A stretch of DNA of 64,000 nt from a virus (Duplodnaviria; Caudoviricetes), in the IMG/VR virus record IMGVR_UViG_3300037851_000620, positions 11,747 to 75,746 of that record; one strand, written 5' to 3'. Positions 27,736 to 37,566 of the stretch are shown here, in pieces. Numbering within the stretch: position 1 is the first letter of the stretch; every line of letters starts with the position of its first letter. Under the pieces are notes generated by a model. It worked only from the letters and a program-made list of their open reading frames with translations. It was not told where the DNA came from and did not search any database. A program made the translations under genes and the position numbers.

Positions 27736-29721
27736 ATGGGTCTGATGGATAGATTCAAGAAAGGATTCAATGCCTTTGTTTCTTCTTCATCTGGGGAAGA
27801 AGCTGCACGTCGATTCGACGTCATATTGGATCCAGCTGCAACTTCAGAGGCGATTGAGCAGTATATAGCACAAAAACAGAGCGAATCGAAACTAGACGTG
27901 CGCAAAACGTCTAACGATCTTGCTTTGTATTCAATATATGGCGCACTGAAGTCATTTTATAGGGATAGGTTATCCAAAATCCCTGATTATGAAGATCCAT
28001 CGCGGGATATTTATATCTCAGATATTTGGCGTCAAGAGCCAATCCTTGCTGGGGCTGTATATTCAATGACAGCCAAAATGACAGCAATGCGTTGGACTGT
28101 TACAGGGAAGCGCAAGCGTGCAATGGCTGCTGCCCAAATATTTGCAGAAGCTGCACATATGGATGGATACGATTGGGGAGGCTTCATTGCTTCCACCGCT
28201 GCCGATTTTTATACCACAAATCGTGGTGTGTTTTGGGAGACTCCTCGTATTGGAAATCCTCTTTATGGCAAACTTGCAGAGCTTGGTCATATTGATTCCC
28301 TTGCTTGTAATCTTACAGGGAATAGAGATTTCCCGATGCTATATGATTCAGAGACGGTTGGCCAGGTTATACGATTCAAGCGTGGCGAATATATCCATTT
28401 TGCCAGTTTACCGTCTCCTCGCGAACGGCATCTTGGACAAGGATTTTGCGCTGTTGACCGTGCCTATCGTGCTTTGAAGCTTCTGATAGCAGTTCATAAT
28501 TATGATGACGAGAAGTTGAATAATCTTCCTCCTGAAGGAATCGCTTCTGTTTCCGGTTTGACGATGGAAGAGTTCAACGACGCTGTTGCGCTTTGGAAAA
28601 ATCAGCGCAAGCAAGATAACAGTCTTACATTTCCTCAGGTGTTATGGCTGATAGGTTCGTCGCCAGGTGCTGAAGTGAATGTAAATATCAGTGGATTCAG
28701 TCAATTGCCTGAATCATTTGATAGAGAGCAGGTTGTAACTCACTATATTTCCACTCTTGCGCTTGATTTCGGTGTAGATGCTCGTGAATTCTGGCCAATT
28801 TCGAGCGGATCACTTGGCACAGCGTCTGAAAGTGAAATTCAGCACTTGAAAGCGAAGGGAAAAGGTCCAGGCGAATTTATTTCCACTGTCGAACGTCATC
28901 TGAATGGCGAGCTGGATGACGATACTCAATTTGCGTTTGACACTCAAGATATTGGCGAAGATATGACACGAGCGGCATACGCAAAGGCTATGATTGATGC
29001 CTATTATCCATTATTCACAGGCACTCCCGCTGGTAAGAGTAAAGCCAGTCCTGGTGGGAAGCCAAACACTGAAGCAACTCCTAATCCTGAAGAAATTCCT
29101 CTCAGCGATGCTTCTGGGCAAGCAATGTCTGCTGCAGGTCCAGCAGCTGGTGGTCCAGAACAGGTCATTTCCAAAGACGATCTGTTACGAATCCTTGCTG
29201 ATCATCATGTCATTCCAGAGTGGATGATGAATGATAAGCGAGAAATGGTGCTAGATACAAGCATTCATATCTCAAAAGAACTCGATCCTGACGAATATAC
29301 ATCATTTGTCTTTGAGAAAGGTATTCTAAAAGAGCATCGTTTGCCTCCGATAACAATCAATTCTCCTACAATCGGTGTAGATCGTGCTACTGGCAAAGAT
29401 AAGACGGTATATGCTTTGGTCAATAATGGAAAAGTTGTAGACACAAGCGAGGACTATACTGAAATTATGAAATCGCTTGATGAAGAGCGTCAACATGACA
29501 TGCTTCTGTTCTTGAAGCAAAAAGAAGAAGAGATTTTTGCTGGGATGCGCAAAATTGTTGGAAATCCGATACCAGAAGGTGAGGTCGTTCGTGGTACTCG
29601 CGTCACAGCAAACACACTGCGTGATGAGCTAGAGCGTTGGCGCAATCATCCGATTCTTGCTCCTTATGCGCTGACTGAAGAAGAATTGGCTAAAATGATT
29701 GAAGAAGGCAAGAAACAATAA
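27736..29721 (+). CDS. Portal protein
   Basis: Size and position before MuF/protease/capsid; EPILAGAV, portal-like helical pattern, long disordered C-terminus. Confidence 0.75.
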   Translation: MGLMDRFKKGFNAFVSSSSGEEAARRFDVILDPAATSEAIEQYIAQKQSESKLDVRKTSNDLALYSIYGALKSFYRDRLSKIPDYEDPSRDIYISDIWRQEPILAGAVYSMTAKMTAMRWTVTGKRKRAMAAAQIFAEAAHMDGYDWGGFIASTAADFYTTNRGVFWETPRIGNPLYGKLAELGHIDSLACNLTGNRDFPMLYDSETVGQVIRFKRGEYIHFASLPSPRERHLGQGFCAVDRAYRALKLLIAVHNYDDEKLNNLPPEGIASVSGLTMEEFNDAVALWKNQRKQDNSLTFPQVLWLIGSSPGAEVNVNISGFSQLPESFDREQVVTHYISTLALDFGVDAREFWPISSGSLGTASESEIQHLKAKGKGPGEFISTVERHLNGELDDDTQFAFDTQDIGEDMTRAAYAKAMIDAYYPLFTGTPAGKSKASPGGKPNTEATPNPEEIPLSDASGQAMSAAGPAAGGPEQVISKDDLLRILADHHVIPEWMMNDKREMVLDTSIHISKELDPDEYTSFVFEKGILKEHRLPPITINSPTIGVDRATGKDKTVYALVNNGKVVDTSEDYTEIMKSLDEERQHDMLLFLKQKEEEIFAGMRKIVGNPIPEGEVVRGTRVTANTLRDELERWRNHPILAPYALTEEELAKMIEEGKKQ

Positions 29722-31763
29722 TGGCTACCATTTCCATTAGATTCAAAGGTGGTTCAGGTTCTGGACATTTTAATCATGCTGGCAGACCTGGAGAAGTTGG
29801 TGGTTCTCTTTCTAGAAAAGCAGGTAATCAAGCACGTGCAGGAATGGTAAATAGGATACGCAATTTGCAACTTCTAGATGAGAATGATCCTAATTTCATG
29901 TCTAAAGTCGATGCAATTGTTGATGATTATAGGTTATCGAATAACGATCTTGGAAGGCTGTACAAAAGCGATATCCCGTTTGTATTGGAGGCGATTTCAA
30001 GATTCCCATCGTCTGATTTGCCTGTTGTGTGGGAGTCTTATAAATCAGATGACATGAAACAAAAACTAGAATCTATGGCTATCGAGGATGGGGAGGATAT
30101 CGATGCATATAAAAGTGCAGCTGGCATAGGAAGATTCAATGGAACAGATTACGAGATAAATATTCATACAGTATCAGATAATGAGTGGATAAGTGGATTA
30201 GATCTTCCTGATGTTATGCATAATAAAGCTGGAACAATGGTTGCGGTTGCTGCACATGAGTATGCACATTCTTTTGACCTATACTATAAATTTTCTGGAA
30301 CAAAAGCATGGGATGATGCAGTAAAATCTGATAAATTGTCTGTATCTGGATATGGAAGACGAAACAATCAAGAGGATTTCGCCGAATCTATGGCATTGAT
30401 GGCTATACGTCCTGCATTTTTCAAGAAAAGATATCCTGCAAGATATGATTCAATACGTTCAATGCTGGATTGGGATCCTGCAGTTCCAAACACTGTAAAT
30501 AAGGAATATGTTGGACAGGCATTTGATGAAGTTCCATACAGGATTTTTGTAGTAACAACATCTGGATATCATTTACAGTTATTATCGTCAAAAATCACAA
30601 AAGAAGTGCATTTCAAAGAATTGACTCAAGTTGATGAAGACATTACTGCTGTCATAGCATTCAACTTTGAAGGCATGTTTGATGCACTACTCGATAGATT
30701 TAAGCCAGAGGATGTTGTTAGAGATTCTCATATAACATTGCTGAATCTTGGCGAAATAGAAAGAATTCCTATTTCCAAAGAAAATTTGATGGTCATATTA
30801 GAAGGATTTGCAAAAAGTCATGCTATTATAGATGGCAAGATAACAGGTGTTGCAACATTCAGTACAAATCCTGATGAAGATGGAAAAGTTCCTATTGTAT
30901 TGTTATATGATAGTCCGCAACTTCCATTCTTTAGAGTAGATTTGCAACGCATATTGAGAGAATTAGGTATCGAATATCTTGAACAAAATCATGGATTTAT
31001 CCCTCATATTACATTAGCATATATCTATGAGCCGTATGTGGAAGTTACATTCAAACCAGAAATATTGTATATCGATTCTTTGTGGTTGTTTTGGGGAACT
31101 GAAAAGTATAGTTTTTCATTACAAGGTGTTGTCGTAGAAAAGCAGCTTCCAATTGATGACGATAGCAAGAAGCGATTGATAGAAATTCGTCGTAACATTT
31201 TCAATGACGATGTAGACAGACTTGCAGAACGTATGTATACAGGTGAGATGTCGCTTGGTGCTTGGGAAGAAACGATGAAGCGGTATATTCGAGAGCTGCA
31301 TACGTCTGTTGCAGCAATTGGAAAAGGTGGGTGGGATCAGATGACCTGGGCAGATTGGGGTCGTCTTGGTGCTGTCATGCGTGAACAATACAGATATCTT
31401 CATGGGTTTGCTGAAGCAATTGCTGAGAATCGGGAGACTATTTCCATTAATGCTATCAAAGCAAGAGCGCATTTGTATGGAACTGCTGCAGGGCATTCGG
31501 CATATCTTATAGAAGCAGGAGCTGATATTGCATCACAGCTTCCATGGTTGCCGAAAGATGGTTCTACTGAATGCCTTGTTGGTTGTAAATGTCAATGGGA
31601 TTTGAAGAAGGTTGGTGTAGAAAAGAATATGCAATTAGTTCAAGCAACTTGGAAATTAAATCCTGCTGAGCATTGCAAAACCTGTATTGATCGAAAAGGC
31701 TATGTAGTTGTAATACGTGTGCCGAAAGATGCAATCGTGCCGAATAAAATTGGTGGATATTAG
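29721..31763 (+). CDS. Leader-peptide family protein 8: zincin + 2H phosphoesterase + MuF-like minor head domain
   Basis: ISIRFK-GGSGSGHFNHAGRPGEVGGS; AHEYAH (30255) and VSGYG...EDFAES; two HITL motifs (30729, 31005); C-terminal PKDGSTECLVGCKC and AEHCKTC. Confidence 0.8.
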   Translation: MATISIRFKGGSGSGHFNHAGRPGEVGGSLSRKAGNQARAGMVNRIRNLQLLDENDPNFMSKVDAIVDDYRLSNNDLGRLYKSDIPFVLEAISRFPSSDLPVVWESYKSDDMKQKLESMAIEDGEDIDAYKSAAGIGRFNGTDYEINIHTVSDNEWISGLDLPDVMHNKAGTMVAVAAHEYAHSFDLYYKFSGTKAWDDAVKSDKLSVSGYGRRNNQEDFAESMALMAIRPAFFKKRYPARYDSIRSMLDWDPAVPNTVNKEYVGQAFDEVPYRIFVVTTSGYHLQLLSSKITKEVHFKELTQVDEDITAVIAFNFEGMFDALLDRFKPEDVVRDSHITLLNLGEIERIPISKENLMVILEGFAKSHAIIDGKITGVATFSTNPDEDGKVPIVLLYDSPQLPFFRVDLQRILRELGIEYLEQNHGFIPHITLAYIYEPYVEVTFKPEILYIDSLWLFWGTEKYSFSLQGVVVEKQLPIDDDSKKRLIEIRRNIFNDDVDRLAERMYTGEMSLGAWEETMKRYIRELHTSVAAIGKGGWDQMTWADWGRLGAVMREQYRYLHGFAEAIAENRETISINAIKARAHLYGTAAGHSAYLIEAGADIASQLPWLPKDGSTECLVGCKCQWDLKKVGVEKNMQLVQATWKLNPAEHCKTCIDRKGYVVVIRVPKDAIVPNKIGGY

Positions 31764-31789
31764 TATATATCTATGAATAGGAGTATCCT

Positions 31790-33190
31790 ATGCCTTGGGA
31801 TATAAAGATTGAAAACGGAAAGCATTGTGTATACAAAAAGACAACTGGCAAGATAATGCATTGCTATGACAATGAGAAGGATGCAAAAGATTATCTTGGC
31901 GCATTGTATGCAAATGTCAGCGAGAAGGAATTAAAAGAATTTCTTGCTGATAATATTTCCAATATTGCAACTTTCAAAGAAGCGGATGGTCGTTATAAAA
32001 TCGTTGCTGTGTCGACTGCTGCACTCAAAGATCGTGATGGGGAGACGTTTGATGTTGCCGCGATTGATTACGATGCTCGTGCTGCTGCAAAGCATGGTGA
32101 CTATCCTGAATTTCGCATGTTTCACAAGAAAGGTTTGAAGATTGGAAAAGTTGAGAAGATGAAGCGAGTCGGTATATTTGCTGTAGACGAAGGACATTCG
32201 TATACCGATCAATTTTCCTTAGAAGTTTGCGAAAAGATGTTGTCTACAAATGATGGAAAATGGCGCACGTCTCGTGGATTTTACGTTGTTGAAGCATCAG
32301 GGGATTGCCCTGTTTGTAAGGAATCATTGCTTATACAGACCAAGCATATGGTTGCAGGCTTCAGATGCCCGAGTTGTAATGCGGTGCACATGAGTAGTCG
32401 GGGAGTGCTTGGAGACATGCACTTTCGGAAGGCACGGACTTTTGATGTCACGGTGACTGATAATCCATCAGTGCCGTGGACAGGAGTTTCTGCATTCAAA
32501 GAAAATTCAAGTTTGGAGGATTTGGAAATGACAAAACAGCAGTTGGAGAAGAAACTTCTCGACGCTGGCATCAGCAAGGAAGCGATTGCGGCTCGTCTTG
32601 AAGGTTTGTCGGAAGAGCAGTTGAAAGAGTTCTCTGACATTCCGTTCGCAACCATGCTGAAAGAGTTTGGCAATGATGCTGGTGAAGAGGAAGAGTACGA
32701 CACGATTGCTCTTGACGAGGAATCGTTGAAGGAGTTTGGCAAGATTGTGCGTGCTGTCATTCGCGAAGAGATGGGCACAGTCATTAAGGAGCAGGTTGCG
32801 GCTGCGATCGAAGGTTTGGAAATCGATATTGCCGATCTTGGTGGTATGGAAGTCGATTTCAAAGAGGCTCCTCAATTTGTTGAGCTGAAAGAAGCAGTAG
32901 ATTCATTGACTGAAAAGGTTGAGAAGCTTCTGACTTCTGATGAGCAACGGCTGAAGGAGATGCTGGAAGAGACTCCTCGCGCTGGTAAGCTGCGCATTCG
33001 TCGCTACAAGAAAGCATCTCCACCCGGAGATGAAGAAGATGATGACGAAGACGATGATGAAATGGACGATGACGAAGACGTCTACGACAAGAAAACAGGT
33101 CATCGCCAGAAAGAATCTGGGCTGATCATCGTTGGTGCTGATGGCAAAACCGCGAAAAGCATGACCGAGTTCGTCCTCGGATCTGAATAA
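31790..33190 (+). CDS. Prohead protease (HK97/S78-like) fused to scaffold
   Basis: DRDGE, FRMFH, RTSRGF, DVTVTDNPSV resemble the HK97 protease fold; acidic coiled-coil C-terminus; directly upstream of capsid gene. Confidence 0.65.
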   Translation: MPWDIKIENGKHCVYKKTTGKIMHCYDNEKDAKDYLGALYANVSEKELKEFLADNISNIATFKEADGRYKIVAVSTAALKDRDGETFDVAAIDYDARAAAKHGDYPEFRMFHKKGLKIGKVEKMKRVGIFAVDEGHSYTDQFSLEVCEKMLSTNDGKWRTSRGFYVVEASGDCPVCKESLLIQTKHMVAGFRCPSCNAVHMSSRGVLGDMHFRKARTFDVTVTDNPSVPWTGVSAFKENSSLEDLEMTKQQLEKKLLDAGISKEAIAARLEGLSEEQLKEFSDIPFATMLKEFGNDAGEEEEYDTIALDEESLKEFGKIVRAVIREEMGTVIKEQVAAAIEGLEIDIADLGGMEVDFKEAPQFVELKEAVDSLTEKVEKLLTSDEQRLKEMLEETPRAGKLRIRRYKKASPPGDEEDDDEDDDEMDDDEDVYDKKTGHRQKESGLIIVGADGKTAKSMTEFVLGSE

Positions 33191-33233
33191 ATAACATAAC
33201 CAAAAAGAATTCATGTGATGGAGGTACAATAAG

Positions 33234-34706
33234 ATGAAGAAAAAGATGAAGAAAGGTATCTATTCTCCCGAAGATATGCAGGCTCTTGGTCGTGCTATCG
33301 GATCCTCGCTGGCGTCTGCTCAGTTCGGCATGCAAAACGCTCAGCGACCTGCAGCCTTCGAAATGTTCAAGGAAGCCAGCATCACCCCGACGTCGGTTTC
33401 CATTTACGGTCGTAATTCGATCTTCGATGCGTGCAGCCCTGGTGATGTGTTTGGTCTTCAGGTTCAGACGATTGGTTTGATGCCGTGGATCGGTTGGCGT
33501 CCGAATCGCTTCTATCGCCGACATGTTGATTTCATCCCGTGGTGGGGTCCTGCTGGTACGAAGAGCGGCTCTCCTGCAACAGGTGCGAAGTCTCCGTGCG
33601 ACGACCCGACATCTTGGGAATATGCAATCTGCGGATACGACCTGTGCCACACGTCCTTCTACAGCATTGGCAGCGAAGGTCTCGATCCTCATACGATTGT
33701 GCAAGATCGTTGCGAAACGTCGCCTCGTTATCGTCTGAATGGTCAGTTGATCAGCGACGATGTTGAGTGGCAGATGAACGGTATCATGAACGTTCTCGCT
33801 CAGCAGATGCGCCGTGCACTGATCCATGGCTCTCACGACAATGCCAATGAGATGGATGGTCTTGAGCAAATCATCAAGACAGGCTACACCAACGACAACA
33901 ATACTACCTGCCCTCAGATTGACAGCATCTTGGTTGACTGGAACAACGACGACCTTGATGGCGCTGTGAACAATCTTGGAAATTTCTTCGATTATCTTGA
34001 CGAAGTTGTGACCGAGATCGAATGGCGTGCTCAAGAGCTTGGTCCGATCCTCGAGACCGATATGGTTCTGATCACATCGCGCTTTATGGCAACCTGTTTG
34101 CTCGATGCTTATGCATGCTACACGACCTGTGGTGTGACTGATACCAATGACGTCACGGATCAGGCACTGCGTGCTCAACAGCGTGCGGCTCGTATGGCTC
34201 TGAATGGTGGTCCGCTCTATGATGGTGCTCGTGCGGTTGGATATCTCAACCTGAAATCTGGGCGTCGGCTGCCGATCATCGTCGAGGATGCTTTGGATAT
34301 CTCAAAGTTTTCGACGACATACTGCACCGACGTCTACCTGCTGACTCGGCGCATCGGTTCGCGCGACGTTCTGTATGGCGAATACCTGGATATGCGCGAG
34401 TACGAGAATCGTGTGAAGAGGCAGTTTACAAACTTCTCCGGTCGCTCTGATTCGATGGGTCGCTTTGCTCTTAAAGGCAAAGAGGACAACTTCTGCATCA
34501 GCCTGATGATGGGCACGTCTCCAGAGATCTACTTGTCGGCTCCATGGGCACAGGTTCGCTTCCAGGATGTTTGCTGCACTCGCAAGCGCACTCCGCTGAC
34601 TGGCGATCCTTTCCAGCCGTATTATATGCCTGGTGGGAAGCCTTTGCATACTGCAACTCCTCAGACCGATTGTGGTCCGGACTGCGGTCAGGATGGAACT
34701 GCATAG
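33234..34706 (+). CDS. Major capsid protein
   Basis: Position after protease/scaffold; strong GGAGG RBS; C-ending codon bias; EMDGLEQII; terminator follows. Confidence 0.75.
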   Translation: MKKKMKKGIYSPEDMQALGRAIGSSLASAQFGMQNAQRPAAFEMFKEASITPTSVSIYGRNSIFDACSPGDVFGLQVQTIGLMPWIGWRPNRFYRRHVDFIPWWGPAGTKSGSPATGAKSPCDDPTSWEYAICGYDLCHTSFYSIGSEGLDPHTIVQDRCETSPRYRLNGQLISDDVEWQMNGIMNVLAQQMRRALIHGSHDNANEMDGLEQIIKTGYTNDNNTTCPQIDSILVDWNNDDLDGAVNNLGNFFDYLDEVVTEIEWRAQELGPILETDMVLITSRFMATCLLDAYACYTTCGVTDTNDVTDQALRAQQRAARMALNGGPLYDGARAVGYLNLKSGRRLPIIVEDALDISKFSTTYCTDVYLLTRRIGSRDVLYGEYLDMREYENRVKRQFTNFSGRSDSMGRFALKGKEDNFCISLMMGTSPEIYLSAPWAQVRFQDVCCTRKRTPLTGDPFQPYYMPGGKPLHTATPQTDCGPDCGQDGTA

Positions 34707-34750
34707 CATTCTCCTTGGAAATCGACTTGGGCGTCGATTACATTCTCCTG

Positions 34751-34780
34751 AATGGGCTGGTAGCAATACCAGCCCATTTC
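34751..34780 (+). terminator. Rho-independent terminator-like hairpin after the capsid gene
   Basis: AATGGGCTGG-tagcaata-CCAGCCCATT then T. Confidence 0.75.
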
Positions 34781-34789
34781 ATAATGATA

Positions 34790-34799
34790 CAAGTTTAGT
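34790..34799 (+). promoter_or_regulatory. CAAGTTTAGT repeated motif
   Basis: Between the terminator and ATG 34805; no room for an RBS, so a leaderless transcript is possible. Confidence 0.6.
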
Positions 34800-34804
34800 A
34801 TTAT

Positions 34805-35620
34805 ATGAGAACAATATTTGTAAAGACACGTTGGTATTATCAATCTTATACAGACTTCTGGAAACTGGTCGAGTTATCTGATTTTCAGACGTGTTTTGTT
34901 GATGAGATGGACTTGTATGCTGAAGATACGGCATACATCGTTGCTCCGATGAATGGGGAATGGAGACCGTTCGTAGATGAGCGTCCAAACAGAAAGGCTA
35001 AACTCATCTTGTGGAATCTTGAACGTCCAGGTGGTAGTGGTTCAGTTGCAAAATATGCATCAGACAATTTAGAACTGGTTGGAAAATATCTTGATAAGGT
35101 TGTTGTATCTGATAGAAGCCTTGCTAATCTTTGCGGACTCGATTACATTATTATGGGTGGGCATCCCGATCTTGGAATTCCTGGAATGCCATCGCTGAAG
35201 AAATACGATCTAATTCACCTGTCATGTTATAGCAATGCTAGAAGCTGGATGTTTGATACTCCAGATCATCCAAAGACAATGTTGCTTGGAAACTTGACTG
35301 TTGCAAGGAATGGTTGGGGTCAGGATCGTCACTGGAGTCTTCAAGAATCACGATTCATGCTGAACGTTCATCAGGATGGATTTCCATTTATCGAGCCGTT
35401 GCGCTTTATTCTTGCAGCTGAATATGGACTTCCAGTAATTTCTGAGGCATCAAATTCATTCTTTCCATACGAGAATTTTGTTATTCCGTTGTATGATGTA
35501 AAGAACGGTTATTATTCGTATGGAGATAGTGTATATATGCATGGAATAAATTTCAGAAATTATGTCAATAGGCATTTTCCATTTCGCAGATGTGTAGAGG
35601 ATTATGTAAATACGCTATGA
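34805..35620 (+). CDS. Glycosyltransferase-like protein (GT-B C-terminal type)
   Basis: SRFMLNVHQ...EPLRFILAAEYGLPVISE resembles Glyco_trans_1_2-type motifs. Confidence 0.55.
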   Translation: MRTIFVKTRWYYQSYTDFWKLVELSDFQTCFVDEMDLYAEDTAYIVAPMNGEWRPFVDERPNRKAKLILWNLERPGGSGSVAKYASDNLELVGKYLDKVVVSDRSLANLCGLDYIIMGGHPDLGIPGMPSLKKYDLIHLSCYSNARSWMFDTPDHPKTMLLGNLTVARNGWGQDRHWSLQESRFMLNVHQDGFPFIEPLRFILAAEYGLPVISEASNSFFPYENFVIPLYDVKNGYYSYGDSVYMHGINFRNYVNRHFPFRRCVEDYVNTL

Positions 35621-36360
35621 TTACAGCATGCTACATACTTCACTATGGTGTTGAATGGCTGTACTGGTCTGTGCGTTCCGTTGTAGATTCTGTTGATAGG
35701 GTAAATTTGTTCTATACACCATTTCCATCCCATGGTCACGGAACAAACCTTGTGTGTCCAGAAACTCGCGATCAGTTGCGTGAGGCATTAATTCCCCTTC
35801 TTGTTCACGACTATGATATAAGATGGTTTGATTGTCCTGACAGATTTCCTCACGAGGGTGCACATAGAACGTATGCGGTAAATACTTGCTTTGATGATGG
35901 TGCTGATAAGATTGTTGTTGTAGATGCCGATGAAATTTGGGATAGCGAAGTATTGTATAAAGCATTGAAAGAATCGTATAGCGATAATAGATCATATCGT
36001 ATAGGGATGCGGCATTTTTGGCGATCTACGAAATGGGTGTGTGATGATGCAGCTGCTCCCACGCGAATTATAGTCAGGGATGGAAATCCGACTACAGAAG
36101 GCTATCTTCCAGGCAAAGTTCTTCATATGGGTTATGCTCAAACTCCTGAGATTATACGCTATAAACAGGATATCCATGGGCATAAGGCTGAGTGGAGGCA
36201 GGGGTGGTTCGAAAATATCTTCTTGCCATGGAAGCCTGGTGTTGGTGATGTGCATCCAACAAATCTGAAATATTGGGATCCTGTAGAATATAAAGACGAT
36301 GGACTTCTTGAATATTTGATAGGCGATCATCCTCAGTGGGGAAAGGACTTAATTGTATGA
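35617..36360 (+). CDS. GT-A-fold glycosyltransferase-like protein
   Basis: SVVDSVD, IVVVDADEIW (DxD), VLHMGY; ATGA-coupled. Confidence 0.6.
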   Translation: MITACYILHYGVEWLYWSVRSVVDSVDRVNLFYTPFPSHGHGTNLVCPETRDQLREALIPLLVHDYDIRWFDCPDRFPHEGAHRTYAVNTCFDDGADKIVVVDADEIWDSEVLYKALKESYSDNRSYRIGMRHFWRSTKWVCDDAAAPTRIIVRDGNPTTEGYLPGKVLHMGYAQTPEIIRYKQDIHGHKAEWRQGWFENIFLPWKPGVGDVHPTNLKYWDPVEYKDDGLLEYLIGDHPQWGKDLIV

Positions 36361-36968
36361 ATATGAAGGATTTGGAATCGCTTGCAATCAAGAGTATTCA
36401 CGAACCATGGGGTGTTGGAATTCCTGGTCTAAAGACTAATTCTGAAGCAGCTGCACCATATTACAGGTTTCTGCACAAGGTTGTAGATCTTTATAAGCCA
36501 GAGGCAGTCCTTGAATGTGGTGTGTATCTTGGTGTGGCATCTGTTCATATGGCTGTTGCAAACTTGGATACAAAAGTTATAGGTATAGATATTTCTTTGC
36601 GACAAGAGCCACAAAAGTATGCGGAATTGTATGGAAATTTGACATATATCGAAGGCGATACAACATCGCGACTTACATGTGATCGTGTTGAAAAGATTCT
36701 AAACAGAAAGAAACTTGGTATACTGTTTCTAGATTCTGAGCATAACGGAACAGTTCCAACGCTGGAATATCTGATATATAAGAAGTTCTTTGCTCATGAG
36801 TGTCTGATTGCTTGCGACGATATCCTGGACAAGCGTATGGAGGAATTCTGGGTGAAACTTCCAGGAGAAAAGGCAATCTTAAATTATCTTCATCCATCAC
36901 CATATACAGGAGTTCCTGAGCCTGGGTTTGGAATCAGCATTGTGAGGACTAATTATAATCATGCCTGA
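36357..36968 (+). CDS. Class I SAM methyltransferase (Methyltransf_24-like)
   Basis: VLECGVYLGVAS, IGID, EGDT, LFLDSEH, IACDD. Confidence 0.82.
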   Translation: MNMKDLESLAIKSIHEPWGVGIPGLKTNSEAAAPYYRFLHKVVDLYKPEAVLECGVYLGVASVHMAVANLDTKVIGIDISLRQEPQKYAELYGNLTYIEGDTTSRLTCDRVEKILNRKKLGILFLDSEHNGTVPTLEYLIYKKFFAHECLIACDDILDKRMEEFWVKLPGEKAILNYLHPSPYTGVPEPGFGISIVRTNYNHA

Positions 36969-37566
36969 TATTTCCATTATCATTCCGCATAAGCGCACAG
37001 AATTAAACGATTATTGCTTGGAGCTGAATCTGCGCATGCTTCTAGAAAATACAAGATGTAGTTATGAGCTGATAATCGATACAGAGGCTCCGAAAGATCC
37101 GTATAAGATCTGGAATGAGGCATCACGGTCTGCACGTGCTGACATCCTCGTGTTTACAAACTCTGATGTTCTTATGGCGATAAATTGGGATTTCCATTTC
37201 GTTGCACATATGGAGTACAATGCTATCATTACAGGCTATCTTGTAGAGCCAGGAAACATTGGCGTTGCTGATGTAAATATTCATCGTGATTTTGGAAAAA
37301 ATCCGCATACGTTCGACAGACTGGCGTTTGAAGCGTTTGCTATACAGCACCCTGTTCCAGATTATACAATTCAACGAGGATGGTACATGCCATGTGCTAT
37401 GCGCAAAGACTTCTTCTTGAATGCTGGTGGATTTGATACTACTCTTGGGTTCCCAAATCCTAATGACATCATCTTTTGGGAACATTGTATAAAAGATTAT
37501 GGAACCAAACTAATTCGAGTAAAGTCTTTTGCATATCATTTTCAAAACTTGAGTGGGAGAAGCTGA
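36961..37566 (+). CDS. GT2-family glycosyltransferase
   Basis: ISIIIP, WNEA, VFTNSD, GGFD, NDIIF. Confidence 0.72.
   Translation: MPDISIIIPHKRTELNDYCLELNLRMLLENTRCSYELIIDTEAPKDPYKIWNEASRSARADILVFTNSDVLMAINWDFHFVAHMEYNAIITGYLVEPGNIGVADVNIHRDFGKNPHTFDRLAFEAFAIQHPVPDYTIQRGWYMPCAMRKDFFLNAGGFDTTLGFPNPNDIIFWEHCIKDYGTKLIRVKSFAYHFQNLSGRS

Noticed and set aside
33028-33080. GAT/GAC/GAA trinucleotide-like repeat
   Set aside because: Encodes the acidic tail of the scaffold; not a separate element.
33126-34178. 350-aa minus-strand ORF
   Set aside because: Antisense shadow of the codon-biased capsid gene; no RBS or recognisable motif.
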